This document shows positions 31,065 through 40,572 of a stretch of 64,000 nucleotides of DNA, one piece after another. The DNA comes from Spirochaetota bacterium. GTDB taxonomy: Bacteria > Spirochaetota > UBA4802 > UB4802. The translations under genes and the position numbers were made by a program. Every line of letters starts with the position of its first letter. Position 1 is the stretch's first letter. The stretch lies in assembly GCA_029907515.1 (NCBI GenBank), contig JARYLT010000002.1, forward strand, positions 14,343-78,342. Direction: 5' to 3'. The notes under the pieces are model-generated. The model saw only the letters and a program-made list of their open reading frames with translations, was not told the DNA's origin and made no database searches.

Positions 31065-32711
31065 TTAATGCTTGAATCTCTGAACAATAGGTATACGCCT
31101 TCCAACACCAAAAGCCTTGGTTGTTACCTTTAAGCCAACTGGTGCCTGTTTTCGTTTGTATTCATTTCTGTCGATAGTTCGCAACACAGAATATACTATG
31201 TCAGGGTCAAATCCATCAGCAATAATCTGCTCTGCACTCATTTTCAGTTCCACATATCGTTCAATAATCTGGTCAAGTATCTCATAGGGAGGCAATGAAT
31301 CCTGATCTTTCTGATTTTCACGTAACTCTGCAGATGGTGCTTTTTCAAGAATTGATCTGGGTATTATCTCTTTATCTTTATTAATATAATAGGATAGTGC
31401 ATAAACCAGAGTCTTGGGCACATCAGAAAGCACCGCAAGGCCTCCTGCCATGTCGCCGTATAAGGTACAATAGCCCATGGATAATTCAGATTTATTCCCC
31501 GTGGTGAGTAACAGCATACCAAATTTGTTACTGAATGCCATCAATATATTTCCACGTATTCGTGCCTGTATATTCTCTTCTGCAATATCAAATGGCAAGT
31601 CTTTAAAGAAGGGATTTAATTCATGTATATAGGTCTCAAAAAGATTCTTTATTGGAATAGTATGGATGTCGATTCCTAAATTGTGTGCCAATTCTACCGA
31701 ATCATCAACACTTCCCTTTGAAGAAAATTTAGATGGCATGGTGATTCCCAACACATTTTCAGGCCCTAAAGCTTTAACAGCCAGGCATGCAGTCAGTGCT
31801 GAGTCAATTCCACCACTTAAACCTAACACAACCTTTTTAAATCCCGATTTATATACATAATCCCGTATGCCCAGAATAAGTGCTTTCTCAATGTCAGCAA
31901 TGAAATCCTCTTCACAGCTTATATGCATATATTCTTTTTCTGTATCAAATACTATGCAATCTTCCTGAAAATCTTTAGCTTTGAGTATAAAATTCCCCTT
32001 TTTATCGATAACAAAACTGTTGCCATCAAATATAAGGCTATCATTACCACCAACCTGATTGACATATATTATGGGCACCTTATATTTTTTTGCTACATGC
32101 TGAATTTTACTCCATTTTATGGAATTTTTCCCCTTCACATACGGTGAAGCTGATATATTTATCAGTATATCAGCCCCTTTTTTTATACAATTTTCAATGG
32201 GGTCAACAGCATAGCGCCTGAACTCCATAAACATATCCTCACTCAGACTCATGTCATTCCATATATCTTCACATATGGTGATACCAATATTAATTCCTTT
32301 ATAGCTAATGATTTCCTGAGATGGTGCAGGAGAAAAATATCGTAATTCATCAAATACATCATAGGTGGGAAGTAATGTTTTATAATGTTTTGACTGCAGT
32401 TTCCCATCATACATAAAGGCTGCTGCATTATATAGCATAGGGGGATTGTCATAATTATAATCAACATATCCGCAAATAATACCGCAATCACTGCTTAAAG
32501 GAGCTATCGCCTCTAAAGCCCTCAGATTATCATCAATGAGTTTTTTATGCTCCAGTAAATCCATCGGCGGGTACCCAATTGTTGCCATCTCAGGGAAAAT
32601 AACTAAATCAGCACCCTTTTCTTTTGCCAGAGTAACAAACTGAGAAATCTTATTACAATTTCCTTCAATATCTGCAATGATTGGATTAATCTGAGCTATC
32701 GCAATCTTCAT
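31065..32711 (-). CDS. nadE: Glutamine-dependent NAD+ synthetase
   Basis: Nitrilase-like N-domain (FPE, K, ICED), SGGIDS, ENIQARIR, APSAEL; start placed at MKIAIAQ. Confidence 0.96.
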   Translation of the reverse strand: MKIAIAQINPIIADIEGNCNKISQFVTLAKEKGADLVIFPEMATIGYPPMDLLEHKKLIDDNLRALEAIAPLSSDCGIICGYVDYNYDNPPMLYNAAAFMYDGKLQSKHYKTLLPTYDVFDELRYFSPAPSQEIISYKGINIGITICEDIWNDMSLSEDMFMEFRRYAVDPIENCIKKGADILINISASPYVKGKNSIKWSKIQHVAKKYKVPIIYVNQVGGNDSLIFDGNSFVIDKKGNFILKAKDFQEDCIVFDTEKEYMHISCEEDFIADIEKALILGIRDYVYKSGFKKVVLGLSGGIDSALTACLAVKALGPENVLGITMPSKFSSKGSVDDSVELAHNLGIDIHTIPIKNLFETYIHELNPFFKDLPFDIAEENIQARIRGNILMAFSNKFGMLLLTTGNKSELSMGYCTLYGDMAGGLAVLSDVPKTLVYALSYYINKDKEIIPRSILEKAPSAELRENQKDQDSLPPYEILDQIIERYVELKMSAEQIIADGFDPDIVYSVLRTIDRNEYKRKQAPVGLKVTTKAFGVGRRIPIVQRFKH

Positions 32712-32752
32712 AATAATTACCCTTTTAATGTGACCTTTTGTCAATATCCATA

Positions 32753-34048
32753 CTAATATTGCCGTGTATTTCTTGTAATGATATGCTGAATAGCGCTGCT
32801 TAAAATCATTTTTAAAACTATATCCTCTTCCTTAGTGTAAATAATAAACAATTTCTGTAAAGAACCCATATCACAAATTTTTTTTAACGAGAATACAATT
32901 GCTGTTTTTACATACACTTCATTTTCTTTTGAGTAACTCTCAAGCAACGGAATCACTACATTTTTCCCTTTAAACTGTGATAGAGCCGCTGCTGCTTCAG
33001 CGCGTATTCTAAAATCTTCATCATTCAATGACTCTATAATCAGCGATACTGTGCGTTCATCACGGATGACCCCCAATGCATATACTGCATACATGCGCAA
33101 ACTCCTGTTTTCTTCATTGTGCAGAATATGCTGTAATCCCCTGATATCACCTGCATTTTTAGCAGTTATCAGTGCTTTTATTATTTTTCGTTTTATATAA
33201 ACTTCACGTTCAGTTAACAACTGTCGTGATAAATAGATAGTACTTTCTTTAGATAGTAACGTTGACAGAGCATCAACTGCAGCATCCCGCACAAGATCAG
33301 AGTAATCTGATAATGCACGGACAAAAATATAATACGCTGCCCTATCATGCAATGCTGATAAAACATTGATTGCCTTTACCCGAACTTCTTCATTTTCATC
33401 ACCTGAGGCAATTGAGCGTACATATGGTAACGCAGCACTGATTTCATTATGGACAACACAATCAAGGGCAAAATATCGCACTGATTTATTGGTGTCCTGA
33501 AGAAGCCTGACAATAATTTCGTAAAACCTGTTGTCATAGAGATGATATAGCGCTTCTAATGCATATATTCTCTGGATAACTTCATCACTTCTGGCTAAAC
33601 GTATGATATACGGGTACATTCTATCATCACCATTCTTTTTTAGCGCCAGTATGACCGATTCTCTCACAGCAAAAAATGGTGACTGTAAAAATTCAATTAT
33701 CACCGGCAACACTTTTTTATCATGCATCTCTGCAAGTATTTCAATAACCATTTGCTGTACTGTTATTGAATGTACTGAATACAATATATCCTTAAAAAAT
33801 TCTATGTTGGTTCGTACTTTACTTTTTTTCAGTATCTGTAATGCCTGTATTTTTTGATCGTTATCTTTCCCTTTGACTATTAACTCTTTCAATTTCATGA
33901 TGCATTCATCAGAAAGGTTACTATAGCTATCATCTACATTATTAACAAGTGCCTTAATACATTCATCACTTGCAAAACTAACCGTATACGCAATAAAAAC
34001 AAAAACTAATATAATACCTGTTTTTTTCATAAAACATGACACCATCAT
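32753..34048 (-). CDS. Exported HEAT-repeat protein
   Basis: Signal peptide; repeated L.D....VR..A..AL units. Confidence 0.85.
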   Translation of the reverse strand: MMVSCFMKKTGIILVFVFIAYTVSFASDECIKALVNNVDDSYSNLSDECIMKLKELIVKGKDNDQKIQALQILKKSKVRTNIEFFKDILYSVHSITVQQMVIEILAEMHDKKVLPVIIEFLQSPFFAVRESVILALKKNGDDRMYPYIIRLARSDEVIQRIYALEALYHLYDNRFYEIIVRLLQDTNKSVRYFALDCVVHNEISAALPYVRSIASGDENEEVRVKAINVLSALHDRAAYYIFVRALSDYSDLVRDAAVDALSTLLSKESTIYLSRQLLTEREVYIKRKIIKALITAKNAGDIRGLQHILHNEENRSLRMYAVYALGVIRDERTVSLIIESLNDEDFRIRAEAAAALSQFKGKNVVIPLLESYSKENEVYVKTAIVFSLKKICDMGSLQKLFIIYTKEEDIVLKMILSSAIQHIITRNTRQY

Positions 34049-34092
34049 TGTATAGTCAGGTTACAGTAAAATAATGCAAATTTATAATCAAT

Positions 34093-34118
34093 AAAAAAAC
34101 CCGACCCCATGGGCCGGG
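34093..34118 (-). terminator. Rho-independent terminator after tetR
   Basis: Minus strand cccggccc-atg-gggtcggg-T7. Confidence 0.7.
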
Positions 34119-34146
34119 ATATGAAGGACATACTCTATTAAAAGTA

Positions 34147-34755
34147 TTATTTCAATACACCACTGAAATAATGGGTCACCAGTGAATTAATAACTTCTTT
34201 ATCAGTAACATCCTTTTTCTCCTTATCAAACTGGTATACCAGGAACATTACTGATCCAATAAGCATAATTGCAGTAATTTCTGCATTAAGTGTTTTCTTG
34301 TAGAGGCCTTTTTTCTTTATCTCTTCTATATCACGTGAAACAATATTAATCAAATGTTTTAAAAACTGATCAACCCGTTCAATCACCTCTTCATCTATAC
34401 CAACAATATCTTTAAATATGAGCTTGATTACTATTGGCTCACTTAAAATAGCTTTGATACATTCAGTTATTCTATCAGTATTGAATTTGATAATATCCTT
34501 CTGTGAAGGGTTATCCTTTAAAAGATCCCTGAGATCATCAGGATCAAGAATATCATCAATACTTTCTTCAATAGATTCCAGAATTGCATAAAGGATTTCT
34601 CTTTTATTACCAAAATACTGATATACTGTGCCCCGGGCAATATTCAATTCTTCACAAACCTGCCCTATATGGGTACTCTGGAAACCTTTCTCTATAAACA
34701 TCTTTTTAGCAATATCTACAATTTGTTGTCGCCGTTTTTGTCCTTTTGCTGGCAT
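34147..34755 (-). CDS. TetR/AcrR family transcriptional regulator
   Basis: N-terminal HTH: F.EKGF..T...IARGTVYQYFGNK. Confidence 0.93.
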   Translation of the reverse strand: MPAKGQKRRQQIVDIAKKMFIEKGFQSTHIGQVCEELNIARGTVYQYFGNKREILYAILESIEESIDDILDPDDLRDLLKDNPSQKDIIKFNTDRITECIKAILSEPIVIKLIFKDIVGIDEEVIERVDQFLKHLINIVSRDIEEIKKKGLYKKTLNAEITAIMLIGSVMFLVYQFDKEKKDVTDKEVINSLVTHYFSGVLK

Positions 34756-34778
34756 CTGTATACCCCTTTACATAAATT

Positions 34779-34886
34779 CTATTTTATTTCACCTTTTACA
34801 CGAAGCAATTCTTCTTTGATTGGTTGCAAAGCTTCCTGAAGTTCCTTAATCATTCTTTCAGCTTTTTCCTGCAATTCTTTACTCAT
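34779..34886 (-). CDS. Unannotated 35-aa helical small protein upstream of tetR
   Basis: MSKELQEKAERMIKELQEALQPIKEELLRVKGEIK; AAGGA upstream; codon-like composition inside an AT-rich spacer. Confidence 0.6.
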   Translation of the reverse strand: MSKELQEKAERMIKELQEALQPIKEELLRVKGEIK

Positions 34887-35160
34887 ATACTATATATTCC
34901 TTTATATACTATAATTATATATGCTTACTATACATATCGTTAACATTTTCATTATTTTATATAAAAAAAGATTCTTTGCTATAAACGTTATACATAGCAT
35001 ACTTTTTTGCGTCAACAACTTTTTATAATTTTAATATTGTTATAATTCAACACTTTAGTGCAATAAGAACACTTTACAATTGCTTTTTTTATCTGTACCC
35101 CATATAACACAGTCAGCTTCGTTTATTTTATGATTACCATCCATTGTAGAAGTATTTTCT

Positions 35161-35853
35161 TTAGCTAATGTTCAACAATTCATCAATATGACTGCGTATT
35201 TCACTATTATCAGGCTTAAGGGAAAGGGCTTTTTTCAGAAATTTTTTTGCCATATTATATTCCTCTCTTTTATAATAAACATATCCAAGCGTATCGTTAT
35301 ATGCTGCATTGTTGGGAGCATGTGATACTGCTTTTTTAGCCAGTTCCAGAGCCTTACTCAGGTTCCCATCAGGAAGAAGCGCTATAATATACGCTATAGC
35401 ATTGCAGGCATTCACATTATCAGGATTATCTTCCAGTATGTTTTCATACAACTGCAAAGCCTGGCGATAGTTACCCTTTTTCTCAAGTGCAAATGCCTTC
35501 ATCTGGATAATGGCATCATCCTGGTCATTTTGTTGCTGTAATTCATCTAAAGCCCTGTCATAATCCCCTTTCTGCATTAATGTAAATATATACACCTTGC
35601 GAACCTGGCGTATATCAATAAATGTCATTGGCAGTGACATACACCGCTTTAGATAATCAATAGCGCTATTATAATCCTGCAAATGAATACAGACAATAGC
35701 CAGATTGTACAATACAACAGGGTTTTCTGAATCCATTGATTCAAGTTTATGCAAGGTATCTTTAGCCTGACCAAAATCCTTTTTGTGATTAAGTAGATGC
35801 GTCGCCTGATCAAGCAATACCTTAATTTGTTTGTGTATGTCTAATTCTTCCAT
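35161..35853 (-). CDS. Tetratricopeptide repeat protein
   Basis: TPR units, e.g. AYNDTLGYVYYK..Y..AKKFLKKALSLKP; overlaps surE end. Confidence 0.9.
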   Translation of the reverse strand: MEELDIHKQIKVLLDQATHLLNHKKDFGQAKDTLHKLESMDSENPVVLYNLAIVCIHLQDYNSAIDYLKRCMSLPMTFIDIRQVRKVYIFTLMQKGDYDRALDELQQQNDQDDAIIQMKAFALEKKGNYRQALQLYENILEDNPDNVNACNAIAYIIALLPDGNLSKALELAKKAVSHAPNNAAYNDTLGYVYYKREEYNMAKKFLKKALSLKPDNSEIRSHIDELLNIS

Positions 35854-36599
35854 ATATGATTCTTTATCTCTCTTTTTTTCAACCGATCTATAAAATTATA
35901 ATCCGTACAATCTATAGTCAATGGGGTAATTACAATATATCCATTCCGCAACTCAGTTACATCGCTCCCTGTTTTTTCATCATTTTCAATTGTACCATCC
36001 AATTCCATATCAAAATAATTATTGTTTCTCTGTATAATGCGATATGAATCACGATAAAACCGTTTCCCTAAACTTGTATACTGTACGCCTTTGATTGCAG
36101 ATCGCGGCAGGTCAGGATAATTTATATTCAAAAAAAGTGGTTCTTTACTGTGAAGTGGAAAATCCTTTAACAGTTCCAGTAAAAACCATGAGGCATCGTA
36201 AAAATAATCTGACTCTTCATAGCTATCAATTGACAAAGCTATGCCGCTTACACCAAAAATATATGCTGTCCTGGCACCTGCAACAGTTCCTGAAAAATAT
36301 ATATCATCGCCCAGGTTAGGACCATGATTTACACCTGATATTACAAGATCAACCGGTGGGATGAGCCCGCCATGTAATCCTATATTGACACAATCAGCAG
36401 TAAACCCATCAACAGCAAAGGTAAATTCATCTATCTGTTCAACCTTTATTGATTTACGTATCTGTATTGCATTGGAACACCCGCTGCGTTCTTTGTCAGG
36501 AGCTATCGCATATACCGAATAATTATCCGATAAAACTTTTTTTAAAACTTGTAATCCTTTGGCATGAATGCCATCATCATTTGTTATCAGAATATTCAT
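35841..36599 (-). CDS. surE: 5'/3'-nucleotidase SurE
   Basis: ILITNDDG, SGVNHGPNLG, SGTVAGA. Confidence 0.96.
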   Translation of the reverse strand: MNILITNDDGIHAKGLQVLKKVLSDNYSVYAIAPDKERSGCSNAIQIRKSIKVEQIDEFTFAVDGFTADCVNIGLHGGLIPPVDLVISGVNHGPNLGDDIYFSGTVAGARTAYIFGVSGIALSIDSYEESDYFYDASWFLLELLKDFPLHSKEPLFLNINYPDLPRSAIKGVQYTSLGKRFYRDSYRIIQRNNNYFDMELDGTIENDEKTGSDVTELRNGYIVITPLTIDCTDYNFIDRLKKREIKNHIWKN

Positions 36600-36688
36600 A
36601 ATACTCTCTTACTTAAATATTTTCTTTACTGATACCTTATCTATGTGCTATATAAGAGAATATATATCACCCGTGTGTATATAAAATT

Positions 36689-36886
36689 ATGCCAGTATAC
36701 GAATATAAATGTAATACATGTCATTATATATACAGTGAGCTTAAAAAGATGGGAGATAGTTACTGTCCCCCCTGCCCTCAATGCCACTCGCATGACACAG
36801 AAAAAATTATTTCACTTGTCAGTACTATTCGAGGTAAACAATCGTGTTCGGGTTGTTCTGGGAAAAACTGCGCCCATTGTAAATAG
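36689..36886 (+). CDS. FmdB family zinc-ribbon protein
   Basis: MPVYEYKCNTC...CPQCHS...KIIS plus Cys-rich tail. Confidence 0.88.
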   Translation: MPVYEYKCNTCHYIYSELKKMGDSYCPPCPQCHSHDTEKIISLVSTIRGKQSCSGCSGKNCAHCK

Positions 36887-36929
36887 TACTTTTAATTTCA
36901 AAAAAATGGATTACCTATTATTACATGTA

Positions 36930-38030
36930 TTAGCGTAATGTATTAACTATCCTGAAATACTTTTTATTAATGATAGTAAGAATGATAGCACCACAACAAA
37001 CTGTAAAGGTGATTATAGGAATTAATACATAGATTTTACCGGTAAAACTTATACAAAAAAAGAAAAGAGCAAAAAATTCTTTCTTGGTGAAATATTTCAT
37101 GCTGAGAGCAAACTTTACCAATAAATCATCCTGTGGCAATTTTTGTAAAAACTCTTTATCGTATGCAACCAGTGATCCTGATTCACTGAATTTGCGTAAA
37201 TACCATACAATCATCCCAATAAACCAGAACAATCCAACAAAAAGCAACGTTATTATTATGCTGGCAGTACGTGCTGAGGTATTCTCAAAATACAGTACTG
37301 ATACTGCAATTAAAAATAAAAGCAGTGTGCCATTATCCCCAATTGTATCAAGCCATCCACCAATCTTTGATACTTTAAATGTAAATTTAGCAACCTCACC
37401 ATCCACACCATCAAATACTGATGCAAGTTGAAACAAAAGTCCCCCTAAAACTACCTGCCAGTATGATCCCTGTAGCACAAAATATGCACTTAAAAAACCC
37501 ACAATCATATTGATAATAGTAAGTACATTGGGATGTATCCTTGTTTTGGCCAGTTGCAAACTAATTGGAATGGAAATGCGTTTATTAATATTTTTTGCAA
37601 TATATCCACCAGTATTATCTATGATATATTTTACGACCAGTAATTCGGCTTTCTTTATATCTTCATCAGTGGAAATTATAAATTGGTTATCATTTAAAAC
37701 AGGTTCAAATACCCCCTTCTTTTGTTTAAAGTAATCATCAAAATGTTCAAAATAGTGAGGCTGTACAAACAGGTTTGATGGGACATATAAAGACCCTTTT
37801 TCTGGAACTTCACCCGGTAAACACTGGTGTGCATTAATCTTTCTTTTTTTTATATGTGGCAAAATTTTATGTTCATACAATATTTTTTCCTGTTCATTCA
37901 ACATAAGATATATTTGTTTAATCCCGACTTTCTGAAGCGTATAAATCAGTCGTTCAAGTATATATAAACCACAGATCTTTTTTTCAGTATGATATCCATG
38001 AAGACTATGAATATATGCCTTTTGTATCAT
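36930..38030 (-). CDS. CDP-alcohol phosphatidyltransferase with degenerate N-terminal nucleotidyltransferase-like domain
   Basis: HPNVLT, DGVDGEVAK...GGWLDTIGD signature; N-terminal GLYILERLI. Confidence 0.85.
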   Translation of the reverse strand: MIQKAYIHSLHGYHTEKKICGLYILERLIYTLQKVGIKQIYLMLNEQEKILYEHKILPHIKKRKINAHQCLPGEVPEKGSLYVPSNLFVQPHYFEHFDDYFKQKKGVFEPVLNDNQFIISTDEDIKKAELLVVKYIIDNTGGYIAKNINKRISIPISLQLAKTRIHPNVLTIINMIVGFLSAYFVLQGSYWQVVLGGLLFQLASVFDGVDGEVAKFTFKVSKIGGWLDTIGDNGTLLLFLIAVSVLYFENTSARTASIIITLLFVGLFWFIGMIVWYLRKFSESGSLVAYDKEFLQKLPQDDLLVKFALSMKYFTKKEFFALFFFCISFTGKIYVLIPIITFTVCCGAIILTIINKKYFRIVNTLR

Positions 38031-38247
38031 ATCATTCCCCTTTCAAAGAATTCTTAACCCGGTTTTACTGTGTCATCAACCATACAATAATTATCTCTTA
38101 AAACCCTTTTTTATATAATTTCGTCAAGATGTTTTTACATAACATTGATATAACATTTTACTTGACTTTAATACTTCAGATATTGTATAATTACTATTAT
38201 CATGTAAGTATATCATTTAAATGTTTTTTTATAAAGGAGATATTATT

Positions 38248-38907
38248 ATGAAATATGTAAATTTCTTTTTGTCCATTATTTTTCTTACTATATGCTTAAT
38301 ACTTTACTCAGCTCCACAGGCACAGGAAAATCCAGAGAAGCAATTTAATCCTCTCTATGATGCAGAAGCAGTTATACAGCGTTTAAGCTATGATAATTTT
38401 AAAAATATTAAATTACTCAGGACTGCTATATATAATTTTGGTGGTGGTGAACAGGAGTTTAATAGTTTAGTAGATACATATGCTGAAGCAAGTGCACTGT
38501 ATTTCAGAAATGAAATGATTGCCTCGGCTAATCTCTTCACAAAAAATGAAAAAGATATCAAAGAAGTAGCAATGAGATTGGCAAAGCTTTATAAAGAACA
38601 GGCTGAAAAGCTTCATATTCAGGTTATAAAAATGGGAGTGCGCCATTCTCTTAAAGCATCAATTGAACAGACAAAACCCAATCCATCTGTTGATCCTCTT
38701 ATCAGCAATGCAAGTTATGGAATAAAAATTGCAAATGATTATCTGGTCAGGTCAAAGCCAATAGATGCTATCTATTATTTCCGAAGAGCAAAGGAAAATT
38801 GCTTTAAAGTATACCAGGTACTGGGTGAACAGTTACCGGAAGAATATAAGAAAGATATTGTTGATAATCAGAATAAGATATATATAGCAAAAGAAAAGAA
38901 AAATTAA
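38248..38907 (+). CDS. Exported alpha-helical hypothetical protein
   Basis: AAGGAG RBS before MKYV, signal peptide, helical composition. Confidence 0.7.
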   Translation: MKYVNFFLSIIFLTICLILYSAPQAQENPEKQFNPLYDAEAVIQRLSYDNFKNIKLLRTAIYNFGGGEQEFNSLVDTYAEASALYFRNEMIASANLFTKNEKDIKEVAMRLAKLYKEQAEKLHIQVIKMGVRHSLKASIEQTKPNPSVDPLISNASYGIKIANDYLVRSKPIDAIYYFRRAKENCFKVYQVLGEQLPEEYKKDIVDNQNKIYIAKEKKN

Positions 38908-38921
38908 TTTGTAAATTGAAA

Positions 38922-39701
38922 TTACATATCTTTCTTACTCTTTAACGTATGTAAGGCCGTTATTCTGACAGTTGAGTTGCTGTGGGTAAGCAGTTCAACA
39001 ATTTTGTCTATGTCCTTTTCTTCAATTGTATACGCCTGTAAAGCTTTTAAAATGGCAACCAAAAGAGATGGTGGGTTATTTTCTTGCTGTAACATCTGGA
39101 CAAGTTTGCTATATAATGCACGATCTTTGATATTGAGATGTGACAGTGTAGCAAACTTAACACTTATTGACGAGTCATCAAGCGCCTTGATAATCACATC
39201 CATGTGAATATATTTTGTGGAATAATCATCAATACTAAGTAGTCCTATGATAGAAGCTTCTCTTATCAGCCAGTCATCATTTGTAAAATTATAAATAAAA
39301 ACGGAAACATCACGAGGATCGCGGTAGTGGGATAATGTTCGTAGAGCATTCCACCGCACATTGTCATTTTGGCTGTTAAGGGCTAAATCCCTTATATAAA
39401 CGCGTGCTCGTTTAATTGGCCTTTTAGAAAGTATTTGCAAAGCTTCAATTTTTATAGCATTATGGGGATCATGCAAAGCCTGAATAATAAGGTTTTCAGC
39501 TCTTTCCCCTTTAATTGTTGCAACCGCCTGTATAGCTTCTAACCGGGTTTTCCAGTTATCACTTTTGTATCCATTCTCATAGTATACCAGAACAGAATCA
39601 TATCCTGTAATCGGTTTAATGGAGTTACATGACCCAATTAAAACACTGAGCAACCATATCATTAATCCATTAAAAATCTTTTTTCCGCAGGAGCTGGTCA
39701 A
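38922..39701 (-). CDS. HEAT-repeat lipoprotein
   Basis: Lipobox-like LIGSC; HEAT units (W.TRLEAIQA, VRWNALRTL); start uncertain. Confidence 0.8.
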   Translation of the reverse strand: MTSSCGKKIFNGLMIWLLSVLIGSCNSIKPITGYDSVLVYYENGYKSDNWKTRLEAIQAVATIKGERAENLIIQALHDPHNAIKIEALQILSKRPIKRARVYIRDLALNSQNDNVRWNALRTLSHYRDPRDVSVFIYNFTNDDWLIREASIIGLLSIDDYSTKYIHMDVIIKALDDSSISVKFATLSHLNIKDRALYSKLVQMLQQENNPPSLLVAILKALQAYTIEEKDIDKIVELLTHSNSTVRITALHTLKSKKDM

Positions 39702-40365
39702 TTAATCCTTCCTCCTGTTTAATCTTTATAATTATATTTCTCTTTTCATCAATTACATAACTATCAAACCACTTAGGTAACATATAATCAGGAACTGTAA
39801 TGGGTTCTTCAGGAGGTTGTTGATAGGCAACTCTTGTTTCTTCCCTATCTTTTAATATATATGATTTTAATATTTTTGTATCCCTGTTTGCAACTTCTAC
39901 TTCACCTTTAAAAACCACGACTTTAGTTTCAAATTGTGTTGCTATAATACCAAAATCAGTACCTCTTACCCCGGCAATTGCAGTAGGTGTATAAACAATT
40001 ACACTGGTGCCTTTTATTGTCTTTGCCGCAATTACCCGCAATTTTCCTGTAATCATTTGTATCTTTGTAGGTTGTTCGGCTTCTTTTAATCTGATATCCT
40101 GGACATATAGCACCGATATCTCCCGGATAAACAGTTTGCTTCCATCATTTAATAAAACAGATACAAATGATTTTCTTCCAGTCCTGATTTTATCTGTATC
40201 TTCTACTATCGTCCCCTCACCTGGGATTATTCGTTTTCCTGAAACAGATGTAATATCAACATCTCCCGATAAATCCAGGATTTTCCCAACCGGCTTTGCT
40301 ATTGCATTACCAGCAAAAATTAGGGATAAAACGATTATTACACTATTCCTGATACATTGCTTCAT
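39670..40365 (-). CDS. Exported FecR-domain protein
   Basis: D.IRTG..S....LNDGS, TPTAIAGVRGTDF, V.VFKGEVEV. Confidence 0.88.
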   Translation of the reverse strand: MKQCIRNSVIIVLSLIFAGNAIAKPVGKILDLSGDVDITSVSGKRIIPGEGTIVEDTDKIRTGRKSFVSVLLNDGSKLFIREISVLYVQDIRLKEAEQPTKIQMITGKLRVIAAKTIKGTSVIVYTPTAIAGVRGTDFGIIATQFETKVVVFKGEVEVANRDTKILKSYILKDREETRVAYQQPPEEPITVPDYMLPKWFDSYVIDEKRNIIIKIKQEEGLIDQLLRKKDF

Positions 40366-40572
40366 AGTTGCTCTCCTCCAACAATGAATATTATTTTATT
40401 AAGCATCCTTTTACAAACACCAGGATGCCTTGATGAATAGTCACTGAGTTTCTTAAGGTTACTATCCATTGCAAATTTTTCTACTAGTTTTTATTACAAA
40501 CCATCATGATATACATTTACCACAGACGTTTTACTATATAATACTTTATACTGTACTATGAAATGCAATTAT

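Noticed and set aside
36645-36938. 97-aa ORF overlapping the FmdB gene
   Set aside because: The alternative frame 36689-36886 has the clear zinc-ribbon signature
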